NCBI GenBank assembly: GCA_964644695.1
Contig: CAZXWN010000006.1
Location: forward strand, 64,196-113,149
DNA length: 48,954 bases
DNA from: an uncultured bacterium
Lineage (GTDB): Bacteria; UBP4; UBA4092
Direction of reading: 5' to 3'
The position numbers and the translations under genes are program-made. The notes beneath the pieces were generated by a model. That model was not told the origin of the DNA. It did not search any database and was given only the letters and a program-made list of their open reading frames with translations. Of the stretch, positions 18,752 through 29,319 are shown in pieces; positions within the stretch are counted from its first letter, which is position 1; each line of letters opens with the position of its first letter.

Positions 18752-18760
18752 TGTTAAAAT
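18752..18760 (+). promoter_or_regulatory. Extended -10 promoter for uvrC (leaderless-type)
   Basis: TGTTAAAAT ending 7 nt before the ATG at 18768; no SD. Confidence 0.5.
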
Positions 18761-18767
18761 TTTTCAT

Positions 18768-20660
18768 ATGGCCATCGACTGGCAACAAAAACTTCAGGAA
18801 CTACCTACCCGCAGCGGTGTGTATATTTTCCGAAATCGGCAAAAAGAGCCAATATATGTGGGGAAAGCTGTATCATTGCGGAATCGGGTTCGGAACTACT
18901 TTCAAGACCCTGCGACTCTGGCACCCAGGACCCGGGCTATGGTTTCTCACGCCGATGATTTGGACTATATTGTTACGGCCTCAGAACTTGAAGCCCTTAT
19001 CCTTGAATCAAATCTGATTAAACAATACCGGCCAAAATATAATGTCCGGATCAAAGACGATAAACGTTATCCATGGATTAAGTTTACTTATGGTGATGAT
19101 TTCCCCAAATTAGTAGTCGTTCGCGTTCCTTATAAAGATGGCCATAAGTATTTTGGTCCATTCCCCAAAAGTTATTCCATGCGTAAAACTTTAAAGTTAA
19201 TTCATTCAATCTTTCGGATTCGGACCTGTAATTTGGATATTATTGATGGGAAACGGGCTGCTCCCAGACCCTGTCTGGAGTATGATTTGGGCCGATGTGA
19301 TGCTCCCTGTACGTTGTACATATCGCGTGAAGATTATCGGAAAATCTGTGACCAGGTTTGTTTGTTTTTGCAGGGGCGGATGGAGGATGTCGTTAAGCAG
19401 CTGACTGAAAAAATGGAGCATTTATCGGAGATAATGCATTTTGAGGAAGCCGCTGTCGTCAGGGACCAAATCCAGGCTGTCTGTGATGTCCATGAAAAAC
19501 AAACGGTATATACTACCGATTTAGCTAACCATGACATGATGGCCGTTAAGTCATATGCGGATACGGGTGTTGTGTCCGTATTCATGACCCGAAATGGAAA
19601 GCTGATAGGGCGTGAAAAATACAGGATGGATGGAGCTGAAGATTGTACGGGAGCTGAGTTGCTGGCTCAATTTATTTTGCAACATTATACTCAGCCAGAC
19701 ATGGTCCCTCGTGAAATATGGCTGCCAGAAGTTCCAGAGGATCAAGTCGCTTTGGAAGAATGGCTGACAGGAATGAAAGGCAGAAAAGTAGATATCCTGG
19801 TTCCGAAGGTCGGAGAAAAACATCGGATGATGAAACTGGTTGAAGAAAATGCCGAGTATCATCTGCAACATGAGCTGACAATGAAAAATCCACTCCTGGG
19901 AAAAGTTCCCCCCGGCTTGTTTGAGTTGCAGCAAGTCTTGGGATTGGATCATCTTCCTAAGCGAATAGAAGCCTTTGATATTAGTAATATTTCGGGAACC
20001 GATACTGTTGCTTCAATGGTGGTATTCAAAAATGGGAGTCCTTCTCGGAAGGATTATAGGAAGTTTAAAGTTAAAACAGTAGAAGGTCCTAATGATTTTG
20101 CATCCATGAAGGAAATTGTCGGGCGCCGAATCAAGTATTTATTACCACCAGGCCAAAGACCGGATTCATTAGAAAAAGATAATAAAGGTATGGATGAAAT
20201 GCCTGATATTATTCTGATTGATGGCGGAAAAGGACAATTGGGGGCAGCACTGGAGGCTATCCATGCAACTCTGGGTAAGTCAAAACTACCTTTTGTTATT
20301 TTCGGGCTGGCTAAACGATGGGAAGAAATATGGTTACCTCAGAATCCAAAGCCTTTGTTGTTACCTATGGAATCTAAGGGGCTTCATCTACTGCAAAGTA
20401 TTCGTGATGAGGCGCATCGATTTGCCATCACATATCATCGGCAATTGCGTGGAAATCGAATGACAGGCTCTATTCTGGATGAAGTCCCGGGAATCGGAAC
20501 CAAAAGGCGTGCCATGTTGCTTCAACGGTATGGGTCAATTCTGGAGATGAAGAATGCCAGTTTGAAAGAGTTAGAGGATATTCCTGGTTTGGGAAAGGAC
20601 TTGGCGGGTAAACTTTACCAATTCTTAAAAGATATCAATCAAGTGAATAATGAGAAGTAA
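18768..20660 (+). CDS. uvrC: Excinuclease ABC subunit C
   Basis: GIY-YIG domain (GVYIF...IYVGKA), Cys cluster RTC...PCLEY...CDAPC, RIEAFDISN, DGGKGQL, RDEAHRFA, HhH. Confidence 0.97.
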   Translation: MAIDWQQKLQELPTRSGVYIFRNRQKEPIYVGKAVSLRNRVRNYFQDPATLAPRTRAMVSHADDLDYIVTASELEALILESNLIKQYRPKYNVRIKDDKRYPWIKFTYGDDFPKLVVVRVPYKDGHKYFGPFPKSYSMRKTLKLIHSIFRIRTCNLDIIDGKRAAPRPCLEYDLGRCDAPCTLYISREDYRKICDQVCLFLQGRMEDVVKQLTEKMEHLSEIMHFEEAAVVRDQIQAVCDVHEKQTVYTTDLANHDMMAVKSYADTGVVSVFMTRNGKLIGREKYRMDGAEDCTGAELLAQFILQHYTQPDMVPREIWLPEVPEDQVALEEWLTGMKGRKVDILVPKVGEKHRMMKLVEENAEYHLQHELTMKNPLLGKVPPGLFELQQVLGLDHLPKRIEAFDISNISGTDTVASMVVFKNGSPSRKDYRKFKVKTVEGPNDFASMKEIVGRRIKYLLPPGQRPDSLEKDNKGMDEMPDIILIDGGKGQLGAALEAIHATLGKSKLPFVIFGLAKRWEEIWLPQNPKPLLLPMESKGLHLLQSIRDEAHRFAITYHRQLRGNRMTGSILDEVPGIGTKRRAMLLQRYGSILEMKNASLKELEDIPGLGKDLAGKLYQFLKDINQVNNEK

Positions 20661-20740
20661 AAAATCAGAAAGAGATATACTCAGATGGAGATTGATCCGT
20701 CAAAGAAGACACTTTCAATTTGGAAGGCTGTTCTGACCAA

Positions 20741-21376
20741 TCACTTTAATAATTGGATTTGATTGTAAATTGAAACTGAAGCATCTCTTGGTGATGTGTG
20801 CGAAATAATCGCTGAGACCACAGCAACTCCCGCAATTCCTGTCCCACGCAGCTGATGAATATTCCCCATGTTTATGCCTCCAATGGCTACTACAGGAATA
20901 GCCATAGACTGACATATTTGGGTCAGTGTCTCCAATGTTACAGTGTTTGCATCAGTTTTCGTATTTGTAGGGAATATGGCTCCGACACCTAAATAATCAG
21001 CACCATCATCCTGTGCTTTCAATGCTTCCTCAAGTGTGGATGCAGATACTCCCAGAATCTTATTGGGTCCTAATATGCTCCTGGCTAAGGTCGCTGGAAG
21101 ATCGTCCTGTCCAATATGAAGACCCTCTGCATCAACAGCCAGTGCAATGTCTAAACGATCATTAATGATGAGAGGTACATGATAGGACGTTAACTGGTTT
21201 TTTATCCGAACAGCAATATCATAAAATTCCCGTGTGGAAACATTCTTTTCCCGAAGTTGTACAATTGTTACTCCACCTTGGATGGCTTCTTCGATAGTTG
21301 CCTCAAGAGATTTTCCCATCAAGAGTTCACGGTCTGTGACCAAATAGAGTGAATAGTCCGGATATATTTGATTCAT
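20741..21376 (-). CDS. thiE: Thiamine-phosphate synthase
   Basis: YLVTDR, VQLREK, IINDRLD, HIGQDD, FPTNTK, VAIGGI. Confidence 0.96.
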   Translation of the reverse strand: MNQIYPDYSLYLVTDRELLMGKSLEATIEEAIQGGVTIVQLREKNVSTREFYDIAVRIKNQLTSYHVPLIINDRLDIALAVDAEGLHIGQDDLPATLARSILGPNKILGVSASTLEEALKAQDDGADYLGVGAIFPTNTKTDANTVTLETLTQICQSMAIPVVAIGGINMGNIHQLRGTGIAGVAVVSAIISHTSPRDASVSIYNQIQLLK

Positions 21377-21392
21377 ATAGATTATTTACCTT

Positions 21393-22235
21393 TTAGGCTA
21401 CTGTGACTTTCGCCTGTTGTTCAACAGTTTTATCTGTGAGGTTGTAAACAGCATCAATAATATAGTTACAGTAACTGCTGTTGCCATCCACGGCTGTCTT
21501 TATTCTGTTAAATGCTATTTCCCCGGCAATCCCCATCATTGTGATGCCGGCTACGGTCCCAATAAAATAATCGTTTGTTACGCCACAGCATGCTCCCACT
21601 AAAGAGGTACACATACATCCGGTGCCTGTTACATGGGACATCATCGAATGCCCATTTTGAATCAGACAATTCCTGTTCCCGTCTGAGATGATATCTGTTG
21701 CGCCTGTGATAGCGACTACACTGCCAGTCCTTCGAGAATACTGTTCAGCAGCTTTCGTAACATCCTGAAGAGTGTTTCCTTGTGAAAGGTCTTCCTCTGC
21801 AGCATCGACTCCACGCGTTTTGGCAGATAGTCCAATAAGGGTTTTAATTTCCGATATGTTTCCACGAATAACTGTTGGTTTCAGTGTTTCAATAATTCTT
21901 TCTGCAGTTTCTGTTCGCAGCTTAGATGCACCAGCACCTACTGGATCAAAAATAACAGGAACTTTTAATTCTTTTGCTTGTGCCCCAGCTATTATCATGG
22001 ATTCTATTGTTCTTTGGTTTAGTGTTCCGATATTGAGGACGAGTGCAGATGAAATACTGACTATTTCTTTTACCTCATCTGAATCATCTGCCATCACAGG
22101 TGCACCACCAATAGCCAATACAATGTTGGCACAATCATTGACTGTGACATAGTTTGTTATGTGATGCACTAATGGTTTTTGTAAGCGAATGTTGGATAAT
22201 ACTTGGGATATATGCGAGAACATAGAATTATTCAT
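21393..22235 (-). CDS. thiM: Hydroxyethylthiazole kinase
   Basis: PLVHHITNYVTVNDCAN, LNIGTL, DPVGAGAS, IRGNISEI, VTGTGC. Confidence 0.96.
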   Translation of the reverse strand: MNNSMFSHISQVLSNIRLQKPLVHHITNYVTVNDCANIVLAIGGAPVMADDSDEVKEIVSISSALVLNIGTLNQRTIESMIIAGAQAKELKVPVIFDPVGAGASKLRTETAERIIETLKPTVIRGNISEIKTLIGLSAKTRGVDAAEEDLSQGNTLQDVTKAAEQYSRRTGSVVAITGATDIISDGNRNCLIQNGHSMMSHVTGTGCMCTSLVGACCGVTNDYFIGTVAGITMMGIAGEIAFNRIKTAVDGNSSYCNYIIDAVYNLTDKTVEQQAKVTVA

Positions 22236-23040
22236 GATTTAACAAACCCGCCTTTTCATATAATTCATAAAAATGATGTGTAGGACCATATCCGTGTCCG
22301 ATGGAGAGTGAGTGACGGATGACCAGGGTGATATATTCTTTAGCTTTTTTTACGGCAGAAGTGATATCCAAACCTAAAGCAAGATTAGCTGTGATGGCTG
22401 AGGATAATGTACATCCTGTTCCATGAGTATTGTTAGTAAGGATACGGTCTTCTTCCATGACGGTAAAATTCAAGCCGTCATAAAGAATGTCTATGGCTTT
22501 GCCTGTTAAATGTCCACCCTTCAGAAGCACTTTGTCAGGGCCCATCTCATGAATTTTGAGTGAGGCATTTTTCATGTCTTCCAGAGTTTGGATTTTATGA
22601 CCTGTGATGAGCTCTGCTTCAGGGATATTGGGGGTAACCAGGTTGGCTAATGGGATGAGTTTTGATTTCAGGGTTTCAATGGCATCGGGTTGTAACAGGG
22701 GATAGCCGCTTTTTGAAACCATGACTGGATCTAAAACCAGATTGACAGGATTATACTGACTCAAAGATTCTGCAATGATGGTAATGCTTTCGCATCTGGA
22801 AACCATGCCGATTTTTATGGCATCAGCGCCAATATCTGAGAGTACCGCATCGATTTGTTTCTGAATCATATCTGGAGTTATGTCCTGGACAGCCGTGACT
22901 TTTAAGGTGTTTTGGGCTGTAACAGCTGTGATGACACTCATTCCATAAACACCATGCGCAGAAAAGGTTTTCAAGTCCGCCTGTATCCCGGCACCTCCGC
23001 CGGAGTCTGAGCCAGCGATTGTTAAAGCTTTTTTTATCAT
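22228..23040 (-). CDS. thiD: Hydroxymethylpyrimidine/phosphomethylpyrimidine kinase
   Basis: [44 protein letters not shown]. Confidence 0.97.
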   Translation of the reverse strand: MIKKALTIAGSDSGGGAGIQADLKTFSAHGVYGMSVITAVTAQNTLKVTAVQDITPDMIQKQIDAVLSDIGADAIKIGMVSRCESITIIAESLSQYNPVNLVLDPVMVSKSGYPLLQPDAIETLKSKLIPLANLVTPNIPEAELITGHKIQTLEDMKNASLKIHEMGPDKVLLKGGHLTGKAIDILYDGLNFTVMEEDRILTNNTHGTGCTLSSAITANLALGLDITSAVKKAKEYITLVIRHSLSIGHGYGPTHHFYELYEKAGLLNHE

Positions 23041-23060
23041 CGAGATGGTCCTTCCTAAAC

Positions 23061-23088
23061 AAAAAAGCCTACCCGAAGGTAAGCTTTT
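23061..23088 (-). terminator. Expression-platform terminator of the TPP riboswitch
   Basis: Minus strand AAAAGCTTACC-TTCG-GGTAGGCTTTTTT just upstream of the thiD RBS. Confidence 0.8.
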
Positions 23089-23110
23089 GTAGTGGAAATC
23101 ATATTATAGC

Positions 23111-23196
23111 GGCTTCCCTACGATGGTCTTAACCACATCAGGTTCAAAGGGTCGGAACCATACTGTTCCTCTCAGCCTTAAAGGCACCCCCAGCTA
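23111..23196 (-). ncRNA. TPP (THI-box) riboswitch
   Basis: Minus strand GCTGGGGGTGCC...GGCTGAGAG...GACCCTTTGAACCTGAT...GTTAAGACC..CGTAGGGAAGC; upstream of thiDME. Confidence 0.95.
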
Positions 23197-23295
23197 AATT
23201 GTAATAATTGATTATACCTGTAAATTGGAACTTCAGGGTGCTGTCAGATTTTATGTATTACTTTCAATAAGGCAGGTCTGATAAAATCCTTCAAT

Positions 23296-24384
23296 ATGAA
23301 TTACCAGTATTGGATGGATAAAGGTCTGGTCTGTTACCGTGAAAATCGAATAGAAGATGCAGCGGAGTGTTTTCAGTCTGCATTGGATATTGATGGATCT
23401 GTTCCTATTCTCCATCTTTTTATGGGATTGTGCCGGGGGATTCAGGGAAGACATGAGGAAGCTGTTCAGTATAGCCGGAAGGCCAGAATTTTGAGGCCAG
23501 ACATGGTGGAGGCATGGCAGCAGGAAGGTGAAAGCCTGAAAGTTCTTAAAAGATTTGGGGAGGCTGTTGAATGTTTTAATAAAGCTGTGGAGTTGGACCC
23601 TGAATCAGAAAATCTGTGGTATTGGCTGGGCGAGTGTTTAGAGTCTCTGGAATTATTTGATGAGGCCTTGAAAGCTTTTCAAGAAGCTATTCGTATTAAT
23701 CACGAAGATGTTATGGCTTGGTTTCATTTGGGTCAGATATTAGCTTTTACCCAGCATAAATATCAGGAGGCCATAAATGTTTTCACTCGCGTATTGGAAC
23801 TTTCACCTGATAAATCTGAGGCATTATCCAATAAAGGGATATGCCTGTATCATCTAGGTCAATATCCAGAGGCTGCGAAGCTTATTTCACATGGACTCAA
23901 GGTAAATCCAAATCATGCTGGATCTTGGTGGATGTTGGCGAACTGTCAGGCAGAAATGGGGCATTATAAACAGGCGATTGAATCTTATGATAAGGCCATT
24001 AGTCTGGATAGACGATTCTGGGCCTCATGCTCTCGCCGAATGGAATGTCTGGTGCACTTGGGGGATTACCAGGCAGCACTTAATTATGCAGATGAGCTTT
24101 TACCCCTAAAACCTGAGAGTGTGAATGGGTGGAATATGAAGGGGTTTAGTCTGTTGGGATTGAAACGGTTTGATGCGGCTGAAAGTTGCTTTGATAAGGC
24201 CATCTCATTGGATAGACAGGATGTCACTGGGTGGTACGGAAAAGCACTGTGTTTTAATTTCCGTGGATTAATACAGGAAGCGGAATCCTATCGTGCTCAT
24301 GCCCTGAAGTTAGACCCTCAGATTGCAGATAAGTATCCTTCCTTCTCATCGCGCTGGTCTGACACTCTGGTCAAAGAGGAGTAA
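23296..24384 (+). CDS. Tetratricopeptide repeat protein
   Basis: About 10 consecutive 34-aa TPR motifs (W..G..L....EA...F.KA.ELDP). Confidence 0.9.
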   Translation: MNYQYWMDKGLVCYRENRIEDAAECFQSALDIDGSVPILHLFMGLCRGIQGRHEEAVQYSRKARILRPDMVEAWQQEGESLKVLKRFGEAVECFNKAVELDPESENLWYWLGECLESLELFDEALKAFQEAIRINHEDVMAWFHLGQILAFTQHKYQEAINVFTRVLELSPDKSEALSNKGICLYHLGQYPEAAKLISHGLKVNPNHAGSWWMLANCQAEMGHYKQAIESYDKAISLDRRFWASCSRRMECLVHLGDYQAALNYADELLPLKPESVNGWNMKGFSLLGLKRFDAAESCFDKAISLDRQDVTGWYGKALCFNFRGLIQEAESYRAHALKLDPQIADKYPSFSSRWSDTLVKEE

Positions 24385-24490
24385 CTCTATTAAATTCAAT
24401 TTTCTATAAGTGTTTTGAAAAGGAAGGTATGAGGACTTGACTATCCAGAGAAAACACTTGACTGTGGTATAATCTAAAGTAGGAAAATCA

Positions 24491-25612
24491 GTGATTTTAA
24501 AGGATTTTCTTGAAGGGAAACTGAATTTAACCTTGAGTCATAATGATTTAAATTTGGCCTCTATGGATGAAGGTCATTACAGCCTGGCTCCGGAAACTTT
24601 AATACGGGTCTGTGGCAGACGAAATGAACATCTCAAACTAATCGAAGCCGAATTTGGTGTTCGTCTGGTTACGCGGGGAAATGAACTTCGTATTGCAAAA
24701 AATGGGACTCATCCGCATCGAGCTCAAAAGGTATTGGATGAATTAATTGCTTTGGCTGGAACTCGCCGACAGTTAAGTCTCCAGGATGTTAAATACATCA
24801 TCCGCCGAGTCAGGGAAAACCATGTTTCCGATTTTACTCCCCAATGGGAAGCTGGCGAGACAGTGGAAATCACAGAACCTGTTGAAAGTATCTCCGAACA
24901 ATTAGCGGACTATATCCGTGTCCCATCAAAACGAAGCCGAGTTCAACCACGGACTTTGAATCAAAAACGATATATTGATTCGGTCCGAGAACACGACATT
25001 GTTTTTGGTGTGGGACCTGCCGGTACAGGAAAAACTTATCTGGCGATGGCTCTGGCCGTTGAATACCTGGTCAGTGAGAAGGTGGGTCGTATTGTACTGG
25101 TTCGGCCTGCTGTTGAAGCTGGTGAAAAACTTGGATTCTTACCCGGGGACCTCGAAGAGAAAGTAAATCCATATCTACGGCCGCTGTATGATGCCTTGCA
25201 TGACATGATGGAGCCCCATCGAATCAGAGCCTGCATGGATGAAGGCACCATTGAGGTGGCTCCATTAGCGTTTATGCGTGGTCGTACATTGAATGATTCT
25301 TTCATTATATTAGATGAAGCCCAAAATACGACTCCGGAACAAATGAAGATGTTTCTAACCCGACTGGGTTTTGATTCTAAAGCCGTTATTACCGGGGACA
25401 TTACTCAGATTGATCTGCCGTCAGGGAAAGTCTCTGGTTTAGTACAAGCGCTTGATGTCTTAAAAGGAATTCCGGGCATTGAGTTCTGCCCTTTTACCAG
25501 TGAAGATGTGGTTCGACATGAATTGGTTCAGGAAATCATCAGAGCCTATTCAACTCGTTCTAGTGAACAACGCTTGGATAATCCCTGGAAGAAATCATCT
25601 CCCTCTCATTAA
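24491..25612 (+). CDS. phoH: PhoH-like ATPase (YbeZ) with N-terminal KH-like domain
   Basis: GPAGTGKT, RPAVEAGEKLGFLPGDL, FMRGRT, ILDEAQN; upstream extended -10 TGGTATAAT. Confidence 0.95.
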   Translation: MILKDFLEGKLNLTLSHNDLNLASMDEGHYSLAPETLIRVCGRRNEHLKLIEAEFGVRLVTRGNELRIAKNGTHPHRAQKVLDELIALAGTRRQLSLQDVKYIIRRVRENHVSDFTPQWEAGETVEITEPVESISEQLADYIRVPSKRSRVQPRTLNQKRYIDSVREHDIVFGVGPAGTGKTYLAMALAVEYLVSEKVGRIVLVRPAVEAGEKLGFLPGDLEEKVNPYLRPLYDALHDMMEPHRIRACMDEGTIEVAPLAFMRGRTLNDSFIILDEAQNTTPEQMKMFLTRLGFDSKAVITGDITQIDLPSGKVSGLVQALDVLKGIPGIEFCPFTSEDVVRHELVQEIIRAYSTRSSEQRLDNPWKKSSPSH

Positions 25613-25643
25613 TTAATGAGAGAGGATATGTTCCTGAATAAAT

Positions 25644-27941
25644 ATGACTGATTCCAATAAAGATAACGGTAACCGTAAAAACAGCCTTCTGCGTGGATAT
25701 TTAACACGACAGAAGGAAGATATGAGCCGTGAAGATGGGTTTGGCTGGTCTGATGCAGTCAGAATCCGTATTGTGTTGGTGCTAACCTTTTTCGTCCTCC
25801 TTATTTTATTCACTCCAGATATATTGCTAACCAGTTATCGTCACAAAGCAGGTGATTTTGTATCCCGTAATATTGTGGCTCCGTTTTCATTTTCGGTTGA
25901 AAATAAAGAAGAAACGGAACGCTTGCGGCGGAGTGCAGAATTAAATGCACCTGCGGTGTATGTTTATGACAGTTACACCGATGACCGTATCAAAGACCAA
26001 TGTTATTCACTTTTATCTACCGCGCGTACGATTACCTTATTGCCTGGACTGACCCGTAATGAGAAGCTGGACCGTATTTATGAGCAGGTTGGATTTCCTA
26101 TCTCTGAGTCTGCGGCAGAAAGCTTGTTGCGGTATCCAGAGTATCGGCAGTTCCGGGAAACTCTGAATGAAATATTTGCTTCTTTAGACACGACTCCGGT
26201 GATGGCTGATGAAGCCTATACCCAGGCCGCAAATGGTGAAAATATCCAGATTTGGTTGGAATCTACTCGACAATTGGTTTCGTTTAATGGGTTCCGTGAG
26301 AGTTACGGGACTATTATCTCGCAGTCTATGTTTCGTAAAGAAATACTGGAAGTCACTCAAAAGAAATTAAACCGGCCTCAAGACCGTGCTGTACGCTTAT
26401 TAGTCTTAGACATATTTGACCAGATGCTCCAACCCAACCTGGTTCATGATGTGCAACGGTCAAGCGAGGAACGGCAACGTTATCGTGAACAAGTGAAACC
26501 TGTCGCGGAAACAGTCGATAAAGGACAGATTATCGTTCATGCAAATTCTGTAATTACTCCCATCAACCAAAAGATACTGGATGAATTAAGTAAGAATCGG
26601 TGGAAATATGGTTCCTCCATTGTATTAGGTCGTTCCGTTCTGTTGCTCTTGTTTGGATATTTTACGGCGCTGTATATGCGGCGATATTACCCGAAATTTA
26701 GTGAAGACTTTAACAGTATGGCTCCCGTATGTATGTTGATTGTTATTACAGTGGTTATTACCAAACTGATTTTATCCATGGGAGCTTCCCCCTATCTAAT
26801 CCCTATTGCATCGTTTGCCATGCTGGCAGGTATTTTGTTTGAGATGCGCTTTTCTCTTCTCTTAAGCATTGAAATGTCGGTCTTTTTAGGTGTCATGCTG
26901 GGTTTGGAATCCAAATATGTGTTGGTCTTTATGGCGGCAGTTACTGTTGCATCGTTTGCCGTAACACATATCCTGCGGCGAACGGATATTCTCCGGGCTG
27001 GATTGTTGGTCAGTTTGTTTCATCTCATCGGAATTGTGGCGATTTTCTTTTTTGATCACCCCTTGTACTCGGTTTTTACCGGTAAATGGGAGGGGCTCGG
27101 TTTTGACCTGATATCGGGTGTATTAAATGGCCTTTTATGTTATGCCGTAACCCTGGCCTTTGTTCCTTTGTTTGAATGGATGTTTAATCTGACGACGGAT
27201 GTGAAACTGCTGGAATTTACGGACCCACGGGCTCCGGCCCTCCAGCGATTGGAAGAAGAAGCACCTGGAACCTATCAACATAGTTTGAACTTGGGACAGC
27301 TGGCAGAGGCTGCTGCTAACGCCATTGGATCCAATGCGTTATTGTGTCGCATTAGCGGATATTACCAGGATATCGGTAAAATATTAAAGCCGGAATATTT
27401 TGTTGAGAATCAAGCTAATGAGGATGAGCGAAAGTTACACGATAAACTCACGCCTAATATGAGTTGCTTGATTATTAAAAATCATGTCAAATACGGTATT
27501 GAGTTGGCATGGGAATATAAGCTTCCACCGCCGGTGATTGATATTATTGCGCAGCATCATGGGACAACCCTGATGAATTATTTTTATAATAAAGCGATTG
27601 AGGAAGCCAAAGAAAATGGTGTAGATATATCAGAGATAAATGAAGATGATTTCAGATATCCAGGACCTAAACCTCAAACGAAAGAGGCCGCAATCGTCAT
27701 GTTGGCTGATAGTATTGAGGCTGCCGTAACGTCCTTAAGGTATCCCACACCAGGATCTATACAGTCTATGGTTCATAAGGTTATTAATGATAAATTTAAC
27801 GACGAACAATTAATTGAATGCGATATCACCATGCGTGAATTGGAACTTATCCGGGAATCGCTGGTGAGGACCTTATTAAGCAAGTATCATCGCCGAATAG
27901 CGTATCCGGATAATCCCAGCACAAAAGGAGAAAAGAAATAA
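25644..27941 (+). CDS. 7TM-HD membrane phosphohydrolase (PgpH/YqfF-like)
   Basis: Extracellular 7TMR-HDED-like domain, TM bundle, APGTYQHS, YY(Q)DIGK, FVENQ, HHGT, FRYPGPKPQTKE, MLADSIEAA. Confidence 0.92.
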   Translation: MTDSNKDNGNRKNSLLRGYLTRQKEDMSREDGFGWSDAVRIRIVLVLTFFVLLILFTPDILLTSYRHKAGDFVSRNIVAPFSFSVENKEETERLRRSAELNAPAVYVYDSYTDDRIKDQCYSLLSTARTITLLPGLTRNEKLDRIYEQVGFPISESAAESLLRYPEYRQFRETLNEIFASLDTTPVMADEAYTQAANGENIQIWLESTRQLVSFNGFRESYGTIISQSMFRKEILEVTQKKLNRPQDRAVRLLVLDIFDQMLQPNLVHDVQRSSEERQRYREQVKPVAETVDKGQIIVHANSVITPINQKILDELSKNRWKYGSSIVLGRSVLLLLFGYFTALYMRRYYPKFSEDFNSMAPVCMLIVITVVITKLILSMGASPYLIPIASFAMLAGILFEMRFSLLLSIEMSVFLGVMLGLESKYVLVFMAAVTVASFAVTHILRRTDILRAGLLVSLFHLIGIVAIFFFDHPLYSVFTGKWEGLGFDLISGVLNGLLCYAVTLAFVPLFEWMFNLTTDVKLLEFTDPRAPALQRLEEEAPGTYQHSLNLGQLAEAAANAIGSNALLCRISGYYQDIGKILKPEYFVENQANEDERKLHDKLTPNMSCLIIKNHVKYGIELAWEYKLPPPVIDIIAQHHGTTLMNYFYNKAIEEAKENGVDISEINEDDFRYPGPKPQTKEAAIVMLADSIEAAVTSLRYPTPGSIQSMVHKVINDKFNDEQLIECDITMRELELIRESLVRTLLSKYHRRIAYPDNPSTKGEKK

Positions 27942-28414
27942 TGGGTGTTAAACAGAAGTTTAATTTTGGAAACATGAAAATTGAGGTTCGTGCAATTGAT
28001 GGTTTGATATTGCCCTTACGGACTCGCCCCATTCTCAGGACTACGGCAGGACGCGTGATGGCATTAGAAAATCTCACTGACCGAGAACTGGATGTCTTAT
28101 TAACAACGGATTTACATATCCAGAAATTGAGTAAGACGTATCTGAAGAAAGACCATACCACCGATGTAATGGCGTTCTCCCAAGACGATGAAAAATATCT
28201 TGGCGATATCGTTATTTCCGTAGAGACTGCTATGCGGCAGGCCCAGGACTATGGTCACGATCTTTTAACGGAGCTCCAGTATTTACTGATTCATGGAATC
28301 CTTCATTTAATGGGCTTTAATGATGATAAGCCTGCGAATCGGAAAGCCATGAGAACCAAGGAAAAAGAAATTCTTGATAAACTTGAAATTATTGCTCATC
28401 CAGAAGAAGGTTGA
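27941..28414 (+). CDS. ybeY: rRNA maturation endoribonuclease YbeY
   Basis: TDVMAF, LGDIVIS, HGILHLMG; conserved phoH-HD-ybeY-era context. Confidence 0.92.
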   Translation: MGVKQKFNFGNMKIEVRAIDGLILPLRTRPILRTTAGRVMALENLTDRELDVLLTTDLHIQKLSKTYLKKDHTTDVMAFSQDDEKYLGDIVISVETAMRQAQDYGHDLLTELQYLLIHGILHLMGFNDDKPANRKAMRTKEKEILDKLEIIAHPEEG

Positions 28415-29319
28415 TTTCATTGTCTGAAGGATTCACACATAAATCTGGCTATATAGGCATAGTTGGAAAACCAAATGCGGGGAAAAGTACCCTGTTAAAT
28501 TATCTGGTTGGCCAAAAACTGGCTATTACTTCACCGAAACCACAAACCACCCGGCACCGGACTCTGGGAATATTGACCACAGACGATTATCAGATGGTGT
28601 TCATTGATACTCCCGGTATTCATACACCCAAGGACCAGCTTCATCAATTTATGAAGCAGGAAGTAGACACAACTTTGGATGATGTGGATGTGGTGTTGTT
28701 TTTAGCGGATCCCACCAGTCCTCCGGATGATGATGACCTGTTGGCACTGGAATATCTAAAAAAACAGAGGAAACCGGCAGTCTTTGCCTTTAATAAATCA
28801 GATATGAAATCCACTCCCAACACGGAGTTATATGGTGACATCCTGGATCGTTTTCCGGTTATCCATATTTCTGCATTGAAAGGGACCGGGTGTGATGAGC
28901 TTCTGGACAAAATCCTGAATTTATTACCCGCCGGGCCGAAGTATTTTGATGAAGAAACTGTTACAGACAGGTCGGAAAGATTTATTGTCAGTGAATTGAT
29001 TCGTGAACAGATTTATAACTTGTTTGAGAAGGAAATTCCTTACAGTGTGGCGGTCGTTACCGAGGAAGTAAAAGACCGTGGGGATGGGATGACTTATATT
29101 CAAGCCACAATTCATGTCGAAAAAGATTCCCAAAAGGGTATAATAATTGGCAGTGGCGGTCGAATGTTGAAGAAAATCGGTCAACAGGCGAGAGCGGATA
29201 TTGAAGAAATGCTGGGTACGAAGGTTTACCTTGAACTTTGGGTAAAAGTAAAGAAAAATTGGCGGCGGGATAACTCTCTGTTACACCAGCTGGGAATGGA
29301 TATCATAAAGAAAAAATGA
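28411..29319 (+). CDS. era: GTPase Era
   Basis: GKPNAGKST, PQTTR, DTPG, NKSD, KH domain GIIIGSGG. Confidence 0.97.
   Translation: MISLSEGFTHKSGYIGIVGKPNAGKSTLLNYLVGQKLAITSPKPQTTRHRTLGILTTDDYQMVFIDTPGIHTPKDQLHQFMKQEVDTTLDDVDVVLFLADPTSPPDDDDLLALEYLKKQRKPAVFAFNKSDMKSTPNTELYGDILDRFPVIHISALKGTGCDELLDKILNLLPAGPKYFDEETVTDRSERFIVSELIREQIYNLFEKEIPYSVAVVTEEVKDRGDGMTYIQATIHVEKDSQKGIIIGSGGRMLKKIGQQARADIEEMLGTKVYLELWVKVKKNWRRDNSLLHQLGMDIIKKK

Noticed and set aside
24435-24463. ACTTGACT direct repeat upstream of phoH as a Pho box
   Set aside because: 21-nt period and sequence do not match the 11-nt TGTCA repeat; may be chance
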